Shown in pieces: positions 50,551 through 60,564 of a stretch of 64,000 nucleotides of DNA (positions are counted from its first letter, which is position 1; each line of letters opens with the position of its first letter). Made by a program: the position numbers and the translations under genes. Under the pieces are notes generated by a model. That model was not told the origin of the DNA and made no database searches. It saw nothing but the letters and a program-made list of their open reading frames with translations. Source of the stretch: Phycisphaerae bacterium (GTDB taxonomy: Bacteria; Planctomycetota; Phycisphaerae; UBA1845; Fen-1342). The stretch lies in assembly GCA_963675745.2 (NCBI GenBank), contig CAXXWX010000015.1, forward strand, positions 352,001 to 416,000, in the 5' to 3' direction.

Positions 50551-51156
50551 TCATGCCCGTGTGAGCAGACGGAACGCCTCGCTCTCGAGCATCAGACGCA
50601 GCGCCTGGCCGCGATGACTAATCGCATTCTTCGTATCGGAGGATAACTCCGCGGCACAGCGCCCCAGCGCGGGTACGTAGAAGTGCGGGTCATAGCCAAA
50701 CCCGTTCACGCCGCGCGGTTCATCGACAATCAGCCCCTCAAATTTCCCGTGCGTCTCGGCCAGGACCGCTCCCCCGCGGGCCAGCACCATCACACAGTGG
50801 AAACGCGCGGTGCGGCGCTGCGGCGGAACGTCGCGCACCGCGCCGACCAGTTTGCGGTTGTTGGCGGCATAATCGCGCGGCTTGCCGGCGTAGTACGCCG
50901 AATCCACGCCCGGCAACCCACCAAGACAATCGACTTCCAAGCCCGAATCGTCCGCCAACGCCACAAGCCCGGTGGCTTCTGCATAGAAGAGGGCTTTCTT
51001 ACGCGCGTTCTCGGCAAACGTGTGCCCGTCCTCAACGGCTTCCGGTACGTGCGGGAAATCGGCCAGGCCGACCCACTCAACGTCCGTTCCCGCTGTCATC
51101 TGGCGCAGCTCGCGCAGCTTCCCGGCGTTGTTTGTCGCCAGCAGCAGGCGCGTCAC
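50551..51156 (-). CDS. rdgB: Non-canonical purine NTP pyrophosphatase (XTP/dITP)
   Basis: LATNNAGKLRE, ENARKKA, ADDSGLEV, GFGYDPHF, KNAISHRG. Confidence 0.95.
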   Translation of the reverse strand: MTRLLLATNNAGKLRELRQMTAGTDVEWVGLADFPHVPEAVEDGHTFAENARKKALFYAEATGLVALADDSGLEVDCLGGLPGVDSAYYAGKPRDYAANNRKLVGAVRDVPPQRRTARFHCVMVLARGGAVLAETHGKFEGLIVDEPRGVNGFGYDPHFYVPALGRCAAELSSDTKNAISHRGQALRLMLESEAFRLLTRA

Positions 51157-52016
51157 CGCGGTCCTCCGCTCGCCGCGTTTCGCTCGGCGCGCTGAACGCT
51201 GGGCAGCTTGACCACCACTGATGGCCGCGGAAAGCGCTCTTTCTTGCCGGTGCGCGTATCCAGTTGCAGGTCGCTGACAACGTGAAGATTCTCAAGGTTG
51301 TGGGGGTACTTGGCTTGCAGGGCGCGCAATCGTCGATCAATGATGCGGTACTCCGCCACGTGTTTGGGTTTGCCTTCCAATGTCCCCTGGCGGCGTTGTA
51401 TCGACATCATGGCTTTGCGCGGAAACGTGCCGATCAGCACCGAACTCATCGACGGCCCGTGGTAATAGTACGCATCTTCGCCTTTGGCGCGCAGCAGCCG
51501 GCAATAGTCCACCGCGGCCTGCCGCCGTCGCTGCATGGTCTCCGTGTTGTAGAACACGCCTACCTGGAGCGACCAGTATCCCTCGGCTCGACTGGCATCC
51601 CAGGCCGGGTTTCCAACAGCATCGGCCGGCACTGGCATCAGGTGTGCCGCACCAAACGGACGCGTCACCTGGTCGGCCGACAGAGATTTGATCAGCTCTA
51701 GGTCTTCGGCTGGATCCGGGTGATAAGTCGGCTGGTCGGAAAACGGGCTGTGTTGCAGCGTGTAGCTACCGTAGTACACATTGCCGAAATCTTCGTCGAA
51801 GATCACACGCACCAGGTCGGCATCCAGGGCTTCGACGTGCCGCAGTGACTCGGCGTAGTAATTCGCAATCGTGTGCTGGTCCGGGCCATCAACGGAAATG
51901 CACTTGATCGCCCACACATCCGCACCCGGCTGCGCACAGCCAACACAGAGCGCCAGCCCCGCCAACGCCAGGATCATGCCCGTTGTAAGCCGGCTCTCTC
52001 GCGGCATGCACTTCAT
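51153..52016 (-). CDS. Hypothetical lipoprotein
   Basis: Lipobox-like LALCVGC; overlaps rph and rdgB by 4 nt each. Confidence 0.7.
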   Translation of the reverse strand: MKCMPRESRLTTGMILALAGLALCVGCAQPGADVWAIKCISVDGPDQHTIANYYAESLRHVEALDADLVRVIFDEDFGNVYYGSYTLQHSPFSDQPTYHPDPAEDLELIKSLSADQVTRPFGAAHLMPVPADAVGNPAWDASRAEGYWSLQVGVFYNTETMQRRRQAAVDYCRLLRAKGEDAYYYHGPSMSSVLIGTFPRKAMMSIQRRQGTLEGKPKHVAEYRIIDRRLRALQAKYPHNLENLHVVSDLQLDTRTGKKERFPRPSVVVKLPSVQRAERNAASGGPR

Positions 52017-52753
52017 CGCAAACTCTCCGGGGCCGCCGGCACACTCTGCGCCAAGGCCGCCCGCTGAAGTTCGAACAACTGCTCGATCGCGCGGCGCCCG
52101 CCGGCCGTCATCGCGGCAAGCTGTGCCTCGCTGAAACTCCCAGCCTCACCCGTGGCCTGCACCTCGATCCACTCCCCCTTGCTCGACATGACCAGGTTGC
52201 AGTCCACCGCGGCGGCGACATCCTCCCGGTAATCCAGGTCAACCAGAATCCGTCCGTCAACGATGCCCACGCTGACGGCGGCGACCGCCACCACGTTGAC
52301 ATCCGCCCCCCACAGGTCGCGCCGCCGGCCTTCGGCGAGCGCGTCGCACAACGCCACGTATGCGCCGGTGATCGACGCGGTTCGCGTGCCCCCATCGGCC
52401 TGCAAGACGTCGCAATCCAGCGTGATCGTCCGCGGGCCGAGGCGCGCCAGATCCACCGCCTGACGCAGCGAGCGGCCGATGAGTCGCTGAATCTCCTGAC
52501 AGCGGCCGTCGACGCCGGTGCGGTTGCGCGGCCGGCGGCTGCCGGTCGAGCCGGGCAGCATGTCGTATTCAGCCGTGACCCAGCCATGGCCGCTGGCCTC
52601 GCGCCACGGCGGCACCGACTCATCGATGCACGCGGTACACAGCACGTGCGTGTCCCCCGCGCGAATCAGCACCGAGCCGGGGGCGGCGCTGGTAAACCCG
52701 CGATTGATCTCCAGCGGCCGTAATTCGTCGTCTTTTCGCTCATGAGATCGCAT
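52013..52753 (-). CDS. rph: Ribonuclease PH
   Basis: GSVLI, GWVTAEYDMLP, EIQRLIGRSLR, DVLQADGGTRTASITG, DLDYRED, IEVQATGE. Confidence 0.96.
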   Translation of the reverse strand: MRSHERKDDELRPLEINRGFTSAAPGSVLIRAGDTHVLCTACIDESVPPWREASGHGWVTAEYDMLPGSTGSRRPRNRTGVDGRCQEIQRLIGRSLRQAVDLARLGPRTITLDCDVLQADGGTRTASITGAYVALCDALAEGRRRDLWGADVNVVAVAAVSVGIVDGRILVDLDYREDVAAAVDCNLVMSSKGEWIEVQATGEAGSFSEAQLAAMTAGGRRAIEQLFELQRAALAQSVPAAPESLR

Positions 52754-53104
52754 GTGCGCATTGTTAACACAGCACCCGCCGCATGGCAACGACTTGCGAA
52801 AGAAGTACTGGCCAGAGCCCCGAGTCGGTCGTTCGAAGAAGCGTTAGTCGCCCCCCGAGCGCGGGCAACCACCTCCACCTCGGGCGTCCGTTGCCCCTTC
52901 CGCTGGCGGCGAGGCGACCGTACTACATGCACGCTTTTCTCCTGGCCCTTGATCTGCTCAGGAATCTAATCCCATTGCCCCGCGAAACGCTAAGGACGCG
53001 AACTTGCCGACGGGGATGTCGTATCGTATCTTAACGAGCGCGAGAACTACGCGCAACGACTTCTCGCTTTCTTCAGCGGATCGTTACCATGGTGGGTGCA
53101 AACA

Positions 53105-53875
53105 ATGGACACCGAAGAGAGCCTTGAATTCGCGAGTTTGCCACTCGTTGAAGTTGTGTTGCGGATGAGCTTCGAGCGGCCGATCGTAATGAGCTTTGAG
53201 CTCATCAACAGATTCTCTGCTGCCCTTGGTCCGGACTTTCCTGATATCACGGAGATCAAGAAGATCGAGGCAGCACCTGGGGTGAAGTTCGAGCTTGAAA
53301 TGGCCGAACTGCCAGGCGCTGTGTTTACGGGTGGTGAATCCGGGCTCCTGATCACGCTTCAGAAAAGCGTTGTTGCTGTGCGATGGCTGAAGCGCGCCCG
53401 CGGCCAGGGCACAGGGTACCCGCGTTTTCCAGTCCTAAAGGAAGCTCTGAGTCGGGCGCACACGGTGCTTGCTGGAATGGACGGGGTCGACGTGAAACCG
53501 TGCGTTACAAACATGGCGTACGTCAATCTCGTTCAGGAGGCGCCATCCGCGAGTTCCCTTCAGCGCTACTTGAGCGCAGGTTCGTTGATGCAGGTTGCTG
53601 CAGATACCGTGCGCATGCATGTACTCGAAGCGGCCTGGCAAGAAAGCGATGGCGTCGATGTCCGCTTCAGAGTTGATGCGCGGCCGCCAACCGTCGAGCA
53701 CCAAGCCGCAGCATTCACGCTGACAACCGTAGCAGGGCAGCGCATCACTCCACCAGCGGCACACGTTGATGCGGCGCTCGACGTTGTTCATCAGCGGCTG
53801 CAGAGCTTTTTCACGCGGCTGATCTCGGATCACGCGAAACAGGAGTGGGGTCTTGCGGAGAACACAAATGCCTGA
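53105..53875 (+). CDS. TIGR04255-like family protein
   Basis: FASLPLVEVV, LITLQ...VRW, YPRF, YVNL, C-terminal H...FTRLISDHAKQEWG, matching my recollection of the TIGR04255 pattern. Confidence 0.75.
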   Translation: MDTEESLEFASLPLVEVVLRMSFERPIVMSFELINRFSAALGPDFPDITEIKKIEAAPGVKFELEMAELPGAVFTGGESGLLITLQKSVVAVRWLKRARGQGTGYPRFPVLKEALSRAHTVLAGMDGVDVKPCVTNMAYVNLVQEAPSASSLQRYLSAGSLMQVAADTVRMHVLEAAWQESDGVDVRFRVDARPPTVEHQAAAFTLTTVAGQRITPPAAHVDAALDVVHQRLQSFFTRLISDHAKQEWGLAENTNA

Positions 53876-54452
53876 GCCCGCTACGACGCTCCTCGATGGA
53901 CAAGGTCAATCACCGGATCTGGCAGTGTTTGAAGCTCCGGCGGGCCGACGGGCTAGGCGACCGATGCACTACAACTCGGCTGACACCAGTACGAACACTA
54001 GTTTTCTCGCGTTTGCTTTATCAACTGAGATTGCTGAGTCCACCCAGCTTGCAAGCATCCCAGAGATGCTGGGATGCGCGTCCGCCGAGATTATTCGGCA
54101 GGTGGACAAGGATCTGGACGACGGGCTCCGCAGCATCGGCAACGCAGTCAATAGGGACCGCCTCGCGGCTGCGCGGCCGTCCTGCAAGTTGCTTGCTCGT
54201 GGCTTCAGCGGTCTTCTTGCGTTGAAACCGCGCGTCGCGGTCGCAGCGTTTGTGGACGAGGACGACGGTGTGTCGGTTGTCGCTCAGTCCTTCGCGACCT
54301 CCCGACGAGTGACAGTTGTTTTCGATGTGGGAGTTGATAGAGTCCATGTCGTGAAGGTCGATGAGGACCAACACGTATACCGGCTCGATCCCAACTACAG
54401 CCTTGAGAACCTTGGGGAGGAACTGGCTCGGTGGCTGATCGCGCGGCCCTGA
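53868..54452 (+). CDS. Hypothetical protein (candidate antitoxin)
   Basis: RBS GGAG; 8-nt overlap with the upstream gene; low-complexity N-terminus and C-terminal FVDEDDGVSV...RVTVVF. Confidence 0.65.
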   Translation: MPEPATTLLDGQGQSPDLAVFEAPAGRRARRPMHYNSADTSTNTSFLAFALSTEIAESTQLASIPEMLGCASAEIIRQVDKDLDDGLRSIGNAVNRDRLAAARPSCKLLARGFSGLLALKPRVAVAAFVDEDDGVSVVAQSFATSRRVTVVFDVGVDRVHVVKVDEDQHVYRLDPNYSLENLGEELARWLIARP

Positions 54453-54868
54453 TACCACCGACGAGTGGGGACTGGTTCATTCGTCGCAATCCGTATAACA
54501 ACGGCTTCAAGATCCGGCCAGCGGGAGTGATTGTCGCCCGCAAGGTTTTTCGTGAACGCCACGGCAGTATGTCGCTCACCCGACAGACGGAGGAACTCAC
54601 CACAGCGATGGCGTTGAGCGACTATCAGCTTGCCCACCAGTTGCCATCCGGTGACATTCCCGGTCTCTGCAAAGTGTCCTACAGAAACCTGGTTGAAGAC
54701 GTGCGCCCAGCGCTCCCCCCGCGCTTTGAGTTGGACCGCAACGATGACCGCTATGGCCATCTGCACTACGTCACAGAGCCTCCGACTGAGGATCAGCAAG
54801 AGGTGCTTGCCAAGCTCGCGAGCGAAAACGGCATCCTGCGTGGGTTTGTCGAGAGAACCGTAACATAA
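54431..54868 (+). CDS. Hypothetical protein (candidate ADP-ribosyltransferase-fold toxin)
   Basis: RBS GGGGAGGA, GTG start, 22-nt overlap; DWFIRR...F...SMSLT...GHLHY. Confidence 0.6.
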   Translation: MADRAALIPPTSGDWFIRRNPYNNGFKIRPAGVIVARKVFRERHGSMSLTRQTEELTTAMALSDYQLAHQLPSGDIPGLCKVSYRNLVEDVRPALPPRFELDRNDDRYGHLHYVTEPPTEDQQEVLAKLASENGILRGFVERTVT

Positions 54869-55122
54869 AACCCTGTCGAGCCGGCATCTGCCGAGCGAGG
54901 TGCGATGACCACATCTGGTTGTCGAATAACGAGTTGGTCGGCACAATGCGGTATCAGGGATTGGGATATCAAATGCGGGAAGAACAAAGGGAAAGACAGA
55001 AGTGCGAGGATGACTCATGTGGACGCCGCTCTCGCGAGCGTAAGCGATCGACCCGGCTCGGCCGTGTGTCGTTTCTTCCTCCGGCAGCGGTGAAATGACC
55101 GAATGGACGTCACAGCCATCGC

Positions 55123-55179
55123 TGAAAAATCTTTCTGACACCTTTTTTTCTTGAAAAATCTTCCTGACACCTTTTTTTC
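55123..55179. repeat. Tandem 28-bp direct repeat (two copies), REP-like
   Basis: tgaaaaatctt(t/c)ctgacacctttttttc at 55123-55150 and 55152-55179 (one mismatch). Confidence 0.9.
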
Positions 55180-55182
55180 GGG

Positions 55183-56736
55183 TCACGGTGTGCTGGTTGT
55201 TGGTGTGCTGTGGTATAGCGTCAATTCGCTGGTCCAGCGGGTTGAAAGCGCGTGCTGTTGCGTGGATTCCGCTCGCAGCCCGGCGGCATTGGCCAGACTC
55301 GTCACAAGCTCGTCCGGCGGACCGCCAGCGGGCCCTTCAAAACGCAGAATCCACGCCGTTGCCGACGGCAGTTGATCCAACACGAACACCGGCGGCACAT
55401 CGTGCTCCAACTCCAGGTAGTACCGCAGCACCTGGTCGAACTTCGGCCCCACGGGTGGCGCCGGTGCCCCTTCCTCCGGATTCACGATCGCCACGATGTC
55501 CCCCGGCGCGAACTGCGCCGTCACCGCCCGCATCGCCGAACGCTTGTACAGATCTTCCGGCGACTTGCACCTCATGATCACATCCTTGGTCATTCCAAGC
55601 AGCGCGATACCAACCAGCACCACGCCCACCAACCCGCGCGCGCAATCGCGCGCCGGCCGTAACGAGATCCACCCCGTGACCGCCGTCACTCCCACCGCCG
55701 CCACCATGCAGATCACCGGCGCGAAGTAAATCGACACACGTACGCTGCCGCCGTAGGGATATCTGTGCAGCCAGGCGGCGACGAGCGCCGGGGCGGCCAT
55801 GCCCGCGAAGAGCAGCACCAACCAGGCCCGTCGCCGGACGACGAGCACCACCGCCCCGACGGCGAAACAAGCGGTTGTGAGAATGCTGCCATACCCCGTC
55901 CCGCCGTGCGGATACGCAAACATCCGTCCGCAGTGGATCTTCGCCAGCCAGGCCAGCAACGACCCGATCCCGTTGTGCGGCGGGAATGCGTCGCGCCAGT
56001 AAGCTTCAAGCCACGACCCCGCGCTGCGACTCACGGTGTCAGCCTCAATCACCCAGAAGAAAGCGAGGAAGCTCACCATGACGAGCGCGTTGTACACCCC
56101 CCATCCCAGCCACGCCCGTGGCTTGCCCGCGCGAATAGCCGCCGGGAGCGCGGCCACGCTCACGCCAACGCACACAAACACCGCCGGATAGCTGAGCCAC
56201 AATGACGCCGCCGCAACAACCCCGCACACCAGCGGCCACTTGACACCGGGCCGCGCCTGCCGCCAGCGCATCGCGAGGTAGATCAGCAGGGTCGCGACCA
56301 GCAGATCGCCGGCATACGGCTTTGACTCACACGTGTGCCGTACGAGGTAATAGCTGCACGCAGACACACCAACGGCGATATTCGCCGCCAGCGCTTCCAT
56401 CTGCGCCCGCGCGATCCGCCACACGAGCAGAAGTGAAGCGACCCCCGCGATCAGCGACCACGCCCGTAGCGCATACTCCCCGCCGCCGAACAGGTTGAAT
56501 GCCGTCCGCTGAATCCACAGATACAGCACCGGAGCGACCTGAAAGTAGTGCAGCGGCTCCATCAGCCCGGCGTAGTCCCGCCGCAGGATGCTGATGTTGA
56601 GATACGCCTCGTCGCCCCAGAAGGGAAAACACAGCCCGTACCGCAGCACGCGCCATCCGACGCCGAGCAGCAGCAGCGCGCACAACCATCTCCGTATGGC
56701 CACCTCCTCCGGATGATCCACGTCTGATGTCGGCAT
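55183..56736 (-). CDS. GT-C superfamily (ArnT/PMT-like) membrane glycosyltransferase
   Basis: WRVLRY...FWGDEAY, QVAPVLY, GEYALR, ESKPYA, many TM helices. Confidence 0.8.
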   Translation of the reverse strand: MPTSDVDHPEEVAIRRWLCALLLLGVGWRVLRYGLCFPFWGDEAYLNISILRRDYAGLMEPLHYFQVAPVLYLWIQRTAFNLFGGGEYALRAWSLIAGVASLLLVWRIARAQMEALAANIAVGVSACSYYLVRHTCESKPYAGDLLVATLLIYLAMRWRQARPGVKWPLVCGVVAAASLWLSYPAVFVCVGVSVAALPAAIRAGKPRAWLGWGVYNALVMVSFLAFFWVIEADTVSRSAGSWLEAYWRDAFPPHNGIGSLLAWLAKIHCGRMFAYPHGGTGYGSILTTACFAVGAVVLVVRRRAWLVLLFAGMAAPALVAAWLHRYPYGGSVRVSIYFAPVICMVAAVGVTAVTGWISLRPARDCARGLVGVVLVGIALLGMTKDVIMRCKSPEDLYKRSAMRAVTAQFAPGDIVAIVNPEEGAPAPPVGPKFDQVLRYYLELEHDVPPVFVLDQLPSATAWILRFEGPAGGPPDELVTSLANAAGLRAESTQQHALSTRWTSELTLYHSTPTTSTP

Positions 56737-57024
56737 CAAAGCCCCTGGCTACGTAGAACAACAACAGGCCTGCTAGCCAACCGCCGAAATGCCGGCCCCA
56801 CACGTCAGCCCAAGCCTGCGGCCGATGCTATCGAGCGTAGGGAGCCACAACAAGCACTCCACACGCGCCCCGCGTCGCAATCCGCGACCGCCCGCAAGTC
56901 AATATGCGCCCCCCAAGATTCGACGTGCAGCGGTGAGCACCAGACGGCATGCAAAACGCCGTCATGACCCGGCCGGGTCATGACGGCGTTGGATGGTTCA
57001 CGCGCCAGGTGCGGCAGCGCTTCG

Positions 57025-57339
57025 TCAGGCGTTGATTTCGGTGATCTCCACCCGCAGCACTTGCTGGCGATGTCCGAACTTGCGCTGATAGCCCTTGCGC
57101 CGGCTGAACTTGACCCCCGTGACCTTGGGCATCTTCAACTCGCCGACCAGGCGCGCCTTGACGGTGGCACCGGCGACCCACGGCGTGCCGATCTTGGTCT
57201 CGCCCTCATCGCCGACCATCATCACGCGGTCAAAGGTCAGCTCCGACTGCTCCGGTTCGAGGTCTTGCCGCTCGACCAACAGGGCGTCGCCCCGGCTGAC
57301 CTTGTATTGCTTGCCGCCATCTTCGAATATTGCGTACAC
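57025..57339 (-). CDS. rplU: 50S ribosomal protein L21
   Basis: MYAIFEDGGKQYKV, KIGTPWV, RRKGYQRKFGHRQ. Confidence 0.97.
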   Translation of the reverse strand: MYAIFEDGGKQYKVSRGDALLVERQDLEPEQSELTFDRVMMVGDEGETKIGTPWVAGATVKARLVGELKMPKVTGVKFSRRKGYQRKFGHRQQVLRVEITEINA

Positions 57340-57527
57340 GCTGCTTACCTCGTGTCATGCGGTTCGGGTATCGCGATCAGTAGAGCCCATTATAATAAGG
57401 GCCTTGCGGGCTGGATGCAACCACCCCCAGCCGGCAAGATACGGCAACCGTGGGGTGTTTTGCGCGCCGCCGGCGCGGCGGACCGCGACGCACCAGCCAT
57501 ACGCTGACCAACGCACAGGGAACCGCG

Positions 57528-60203
57528 ATGCTTCGGCCTGACAACACCGGAATGGATCACGACCCGCTCGAAACCCAGGAATGGCTCGATTCGATCGATT
57601 CCGTCAGGCGTAGCGCCGGCGACGAGCGGGCCGGGTTTCTGCTCCAGCGGCTCCGGGAGTGGGCGGACCGTCACGGCCTGACTGTGCCGTTTTCCGCCAA
57701 CACGGCGTACGTGAACACGATTCAACCCGAGCAGCAGCCGGTTTACCCGGGCGATCGTGAGATGGAACGCCGCATCAAGAGCTATGTCCGCTGGAACGCG
57801 ATGGCGATGGTGGTGCGCGCGAACCGTGCCGCGGAGGGGATAGGCGGCCACATCTCGTCATTCGCCTCCGCAGCCACGCTTTACGAAGTCGGATTCAACC
57901 ATTTCTTCCGGGCTGCGAGCGAGGCGTACGGGGGCGATCAGGTGTTCATTCAGGGACATGCTTCGCCGGGAATCTACGCCCGCGCGTTTCTCGAGGGCCG
58001 GCTGGACGAGGGTCATTTGGAGAACTACCGGCGAGAATTGGCGACGGGCGGTGGGCTGTCGTCGTACCCGCACCCGCGTCTGATGCCTGATTTCTGGCAG
58101 TTTCCGACGGTATCTATGGGGTTGGGCCCGATAACATCGATATATCAGGCACGATTCAACCGATATCTCCAGCACCGTGGCTTGGCCGAGACCGACTCGT
58201 GCCGAGTCTGGGCCTTTCTAGGTGACGGTGAAATGGACGAGCCCGAGAGTCTGGGAGCGATCACGCTCGCCTCTCGCGAACGGCTCGACAATCTCACCTG
58301 GGTGATCAATTGCAACCTGCAACGACTCGATGGGCCTGTGCGCGGAAACGGCAACATCGTCCAGGAGCTCGAAGCCGCATTTCGTGGCGCGGGTTGGAAC
58401 GTCATCAAGGTCATATGGGGCGGCGATTGGGATGCGCTCTTCGCGCGTGATACGGGCGGCTATCTGGTCGACGCGATGCGCGACACTGTCGATGGCCAGT
58501 TCCAGCGCTATGCCATCGAGCCCGGGGCCTACGCGCGCGAGCATTTCTTCGGCCGCCGACCCGAGACGCTCAAGCTCGTTGAGCACCTGAGTGACGAGGA
58601 AATCCAGCATCTGCGTCTGGGCGGGCATGATCCGGAGAAGGTCTACGCGGCCTATGCCGCCGCCGTCGGACATCGCGGCCGCCCCACGGTCATTCTCGCG
58701 CGCACGATCAAGGGATACGGGCTCGGCGAAGCGGGCGAGGGACGCAACGTCACGCATCAGCAGAAGAAGCTCAACGAGGATGAGCTGCGTTCGTTTCGTG
58801 ACCGGTTCGACATGCCGATCACCGACGAACAAATCGCCGAGGCCCCCTTCTGCCGCTTTGAGCGTAACACGCCCGAGTACGAGTATCTGCACGCGCGCCG
58901 AGAGAAGCTCGGTGGTTTCGTGCCAAGCCGCGAGGCGCGCGCGCCGCGAATTGAGACGCCTGATGCCAACATATTCGAGGAGTTCCACGCCGGCAGCGAT
59001 GGGCGCCAGGCCGCCACAACCCAGGCGTTTGTGCGCATGCTCGGGCGTCTGTTGCGGGACCCACACCTGGGCAAGCTGATCGTACCGATCGTGCCGGACG
59101 AGGCGCGCACCTTTGGCATGGAGTCGCTGTTCCGCTCGTACGGCATCTACGCCAGCACCGGGCAGCTCTACGACCCGGTCGACTCGCACCTGCTGTTGAA
59201 ATACGAGGAACGCAAAAACGGCCAGATATTGGAAGAGGGCATTACGGAGGCCGGCGCGTTGGCGTCATTCACCGCGGCCGCGACGGCCTATGCCACGCAC
59301 GGCGTCAACACGATTCCGTTTTACGTCTTTTATTCTATGTTCGGCTTTCAGCGAGTGGGCGACTCGATCTGGGCGGCGGCGGATGCGCGTGCCCGCGGGT
59401 TCCTGGTCGGTGGCACGGCTGGCCGCACGACTCTCGCCGGCGAAGGTCTCCAGCACCAGGACGGGCACAGCCTGCTGCACGCCAGCACGGTGCCGAACGT
59501 CGTGGCATACGACGCCGCCTGGGCCTATGAGCTGGCCGTGATCCTGCTCGACGGCATCCGCCGTATGTACCAGGAGCAGGAGTCGATTTTCTACTACCTG
59601 ACGGTTTACAACGAGCCGTACGAGATGCCGCCGATGCCCGCTGGCGTGCAGGAGGGCATTCTGCGCGGAATGTACCGCTTTCGCGGCGCGGAGAAACCGG
59701 GTCGCAAGGCGCGCGTGCACCTCTTCGGCAGCGGACCACTGTTGCGCGCCGCGCTTGAAGCCCAGGAACTGTTGGCGCGCGACTTCAAGGTGGCGGCCGA
59801 CGTCTGGAGCGTAACGAGCTATAACGAACTGTATCGCGACGCGCTCGAGTGCGAGCGGCACAACCGTCTGCACCCGGAAGAGGACCCGCGCCAGCCCTGG
59901 ATTGTGCGGCAACTGGAGCAAGACCCCTGGCCGATTGTGGCGACGTCGGACTATGTCAAGGCGATCCCGCATCGGCTGGCCCCGTGGCTGCCGAACGGCT
60001 TCTGCGTGTTGGGCACCGATGGGTTTGGACGCAGTGAGACACGCGCGGTGCTGCGTGATTTCTACGAAACGGATTCGCGGCATGTTGCCTATGCGGCCCT
60101 GTACTCGCTCGCGCGGCAAGGGAAGTATGACGCGTCCAAGCTGGGAGCGGCGATCGAGCGCCTGGGGATCAATCCCGAGCGTCCAAACCCCGCCACCGCC
60201 TGA
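57528..60203 (+). CDS. aceE: Pyruvate dehydrogenase E1 component, homodimeric type
   Basis: DPLETQEWLDS, RWNAMAMV, GGHISSFAS, QGHASPG, FPTVSMGLGP, GDGEMDEPES, LQRLDGPV, GEGLQHQDG. Confidence 0.97.
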   Translation: MLRPDNTGMDHDPLETQEWLDSIDSVRRSAGDERAGFLLQRLREWADRHGLTVPFSANTAYVNTIQPEQQPVYPGDREMERRIKSYVRWNAMAMVVRANRAAEGIGGHISSFASAATLYEVGFNHFFRAASEAYGGDQVFIQGHASPGIYARAFLEGRLDEGHLENYRRELATGGGLSSYPHPRLMPDFWQFPTVSMGLGPITSIYQARFNRYLQHRGLAETDSCRVWAFLGDGEMDEPESLGAITLASRERLDNLTWVINCNLQRLDGPVRGNGNIVQELEAAFRGAGWNVIKVIWGGDWDALFARDTGGYLVDAMRDTVDGQFQRYAIEPGAYAREHFFGRRPETLKLVEHLSDEEIQHLRLGGHDPEKVYAAYAAAVGHRGRPTVILARTIKGYGLGEAGEGRNVTHQQKKLNEDELRSFRDRFDMPITDEQIAEAPFCRFERNTPEYEYLHARREKLGGFVPSREARAPRIETPDANIFEEFHAGSDGRQAATTQAFVRMLGRLLRDPHLGKLIVPIVPDEARTFGMESLFRSYGIYASTGQLYDPVDSHLLLKYEERKNGQILEEGITEAGALASFTAAATAYATHGVNTIPFYVFYSMFGFQRVGDSIWAAADARARGFLVGGTAGRTTLAGEGLQHQDGHSLLHASTVPNVVAYDAAWAYELAVILLDGIRRMYQEQESIFYYLTVYNEPYEMPPMPAGVQEGILRGMYRFRGAEKPGRKARVHLFGSGPLLRAALEAQELLARDFKVAADVWSVTSYNELYRDALECERHNRLHPEEDPRQPWIVRQLEQDPWPIVATSDYVKAIPHRLAPWLPNGFCVLGTDGFGRSETRAVLRDFYETDSRHVAYAALYSLARQGKYDASKLGAAIERLGINPERPNPATA

Positions 60204-60564
60204 CCTGCCGGTCGGGCGTTCATACGCCATTGTGAGATCGGGGGGGGCATTTCAGGTTAGAGATCATTAATTACGAGTGTACATAGTACCCCCCGGTCTG
60301 GTACGATGGTCCTACTGGCAGGGCAGCCGGCCGTGGGGCAATGAGAGTGGGTTGCAAGAGGAGCTCTCGTTTTATCGGACGGCGCCAAAGCGTGCATCCA
60401 CTCCAGAATTTTCGGGCTCGGCTATGCCGCACCTGTTATGTCTGCGCCTACGTCGCATGCACGCGCGGCCGCAACGGCTGCGCCACACTCGGCGCGGTTG
60501 GCACATGCTCATCGCAGATCAGCACGCAACAACTCGTCAGTTCAACGGGTAAGGAGATGAAGGA

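Noticed and set aside
54900..55120. RAYT transposase remnant next to the REP-like repeat
   Set aside because: No HUH or other recognisable transposase motif in the frames examined.
55123..55179. CRISPR array from the 28-bp repeats
   Set aside because: Only two copies, separated by 1 nt with no spacer, and no cas genes.
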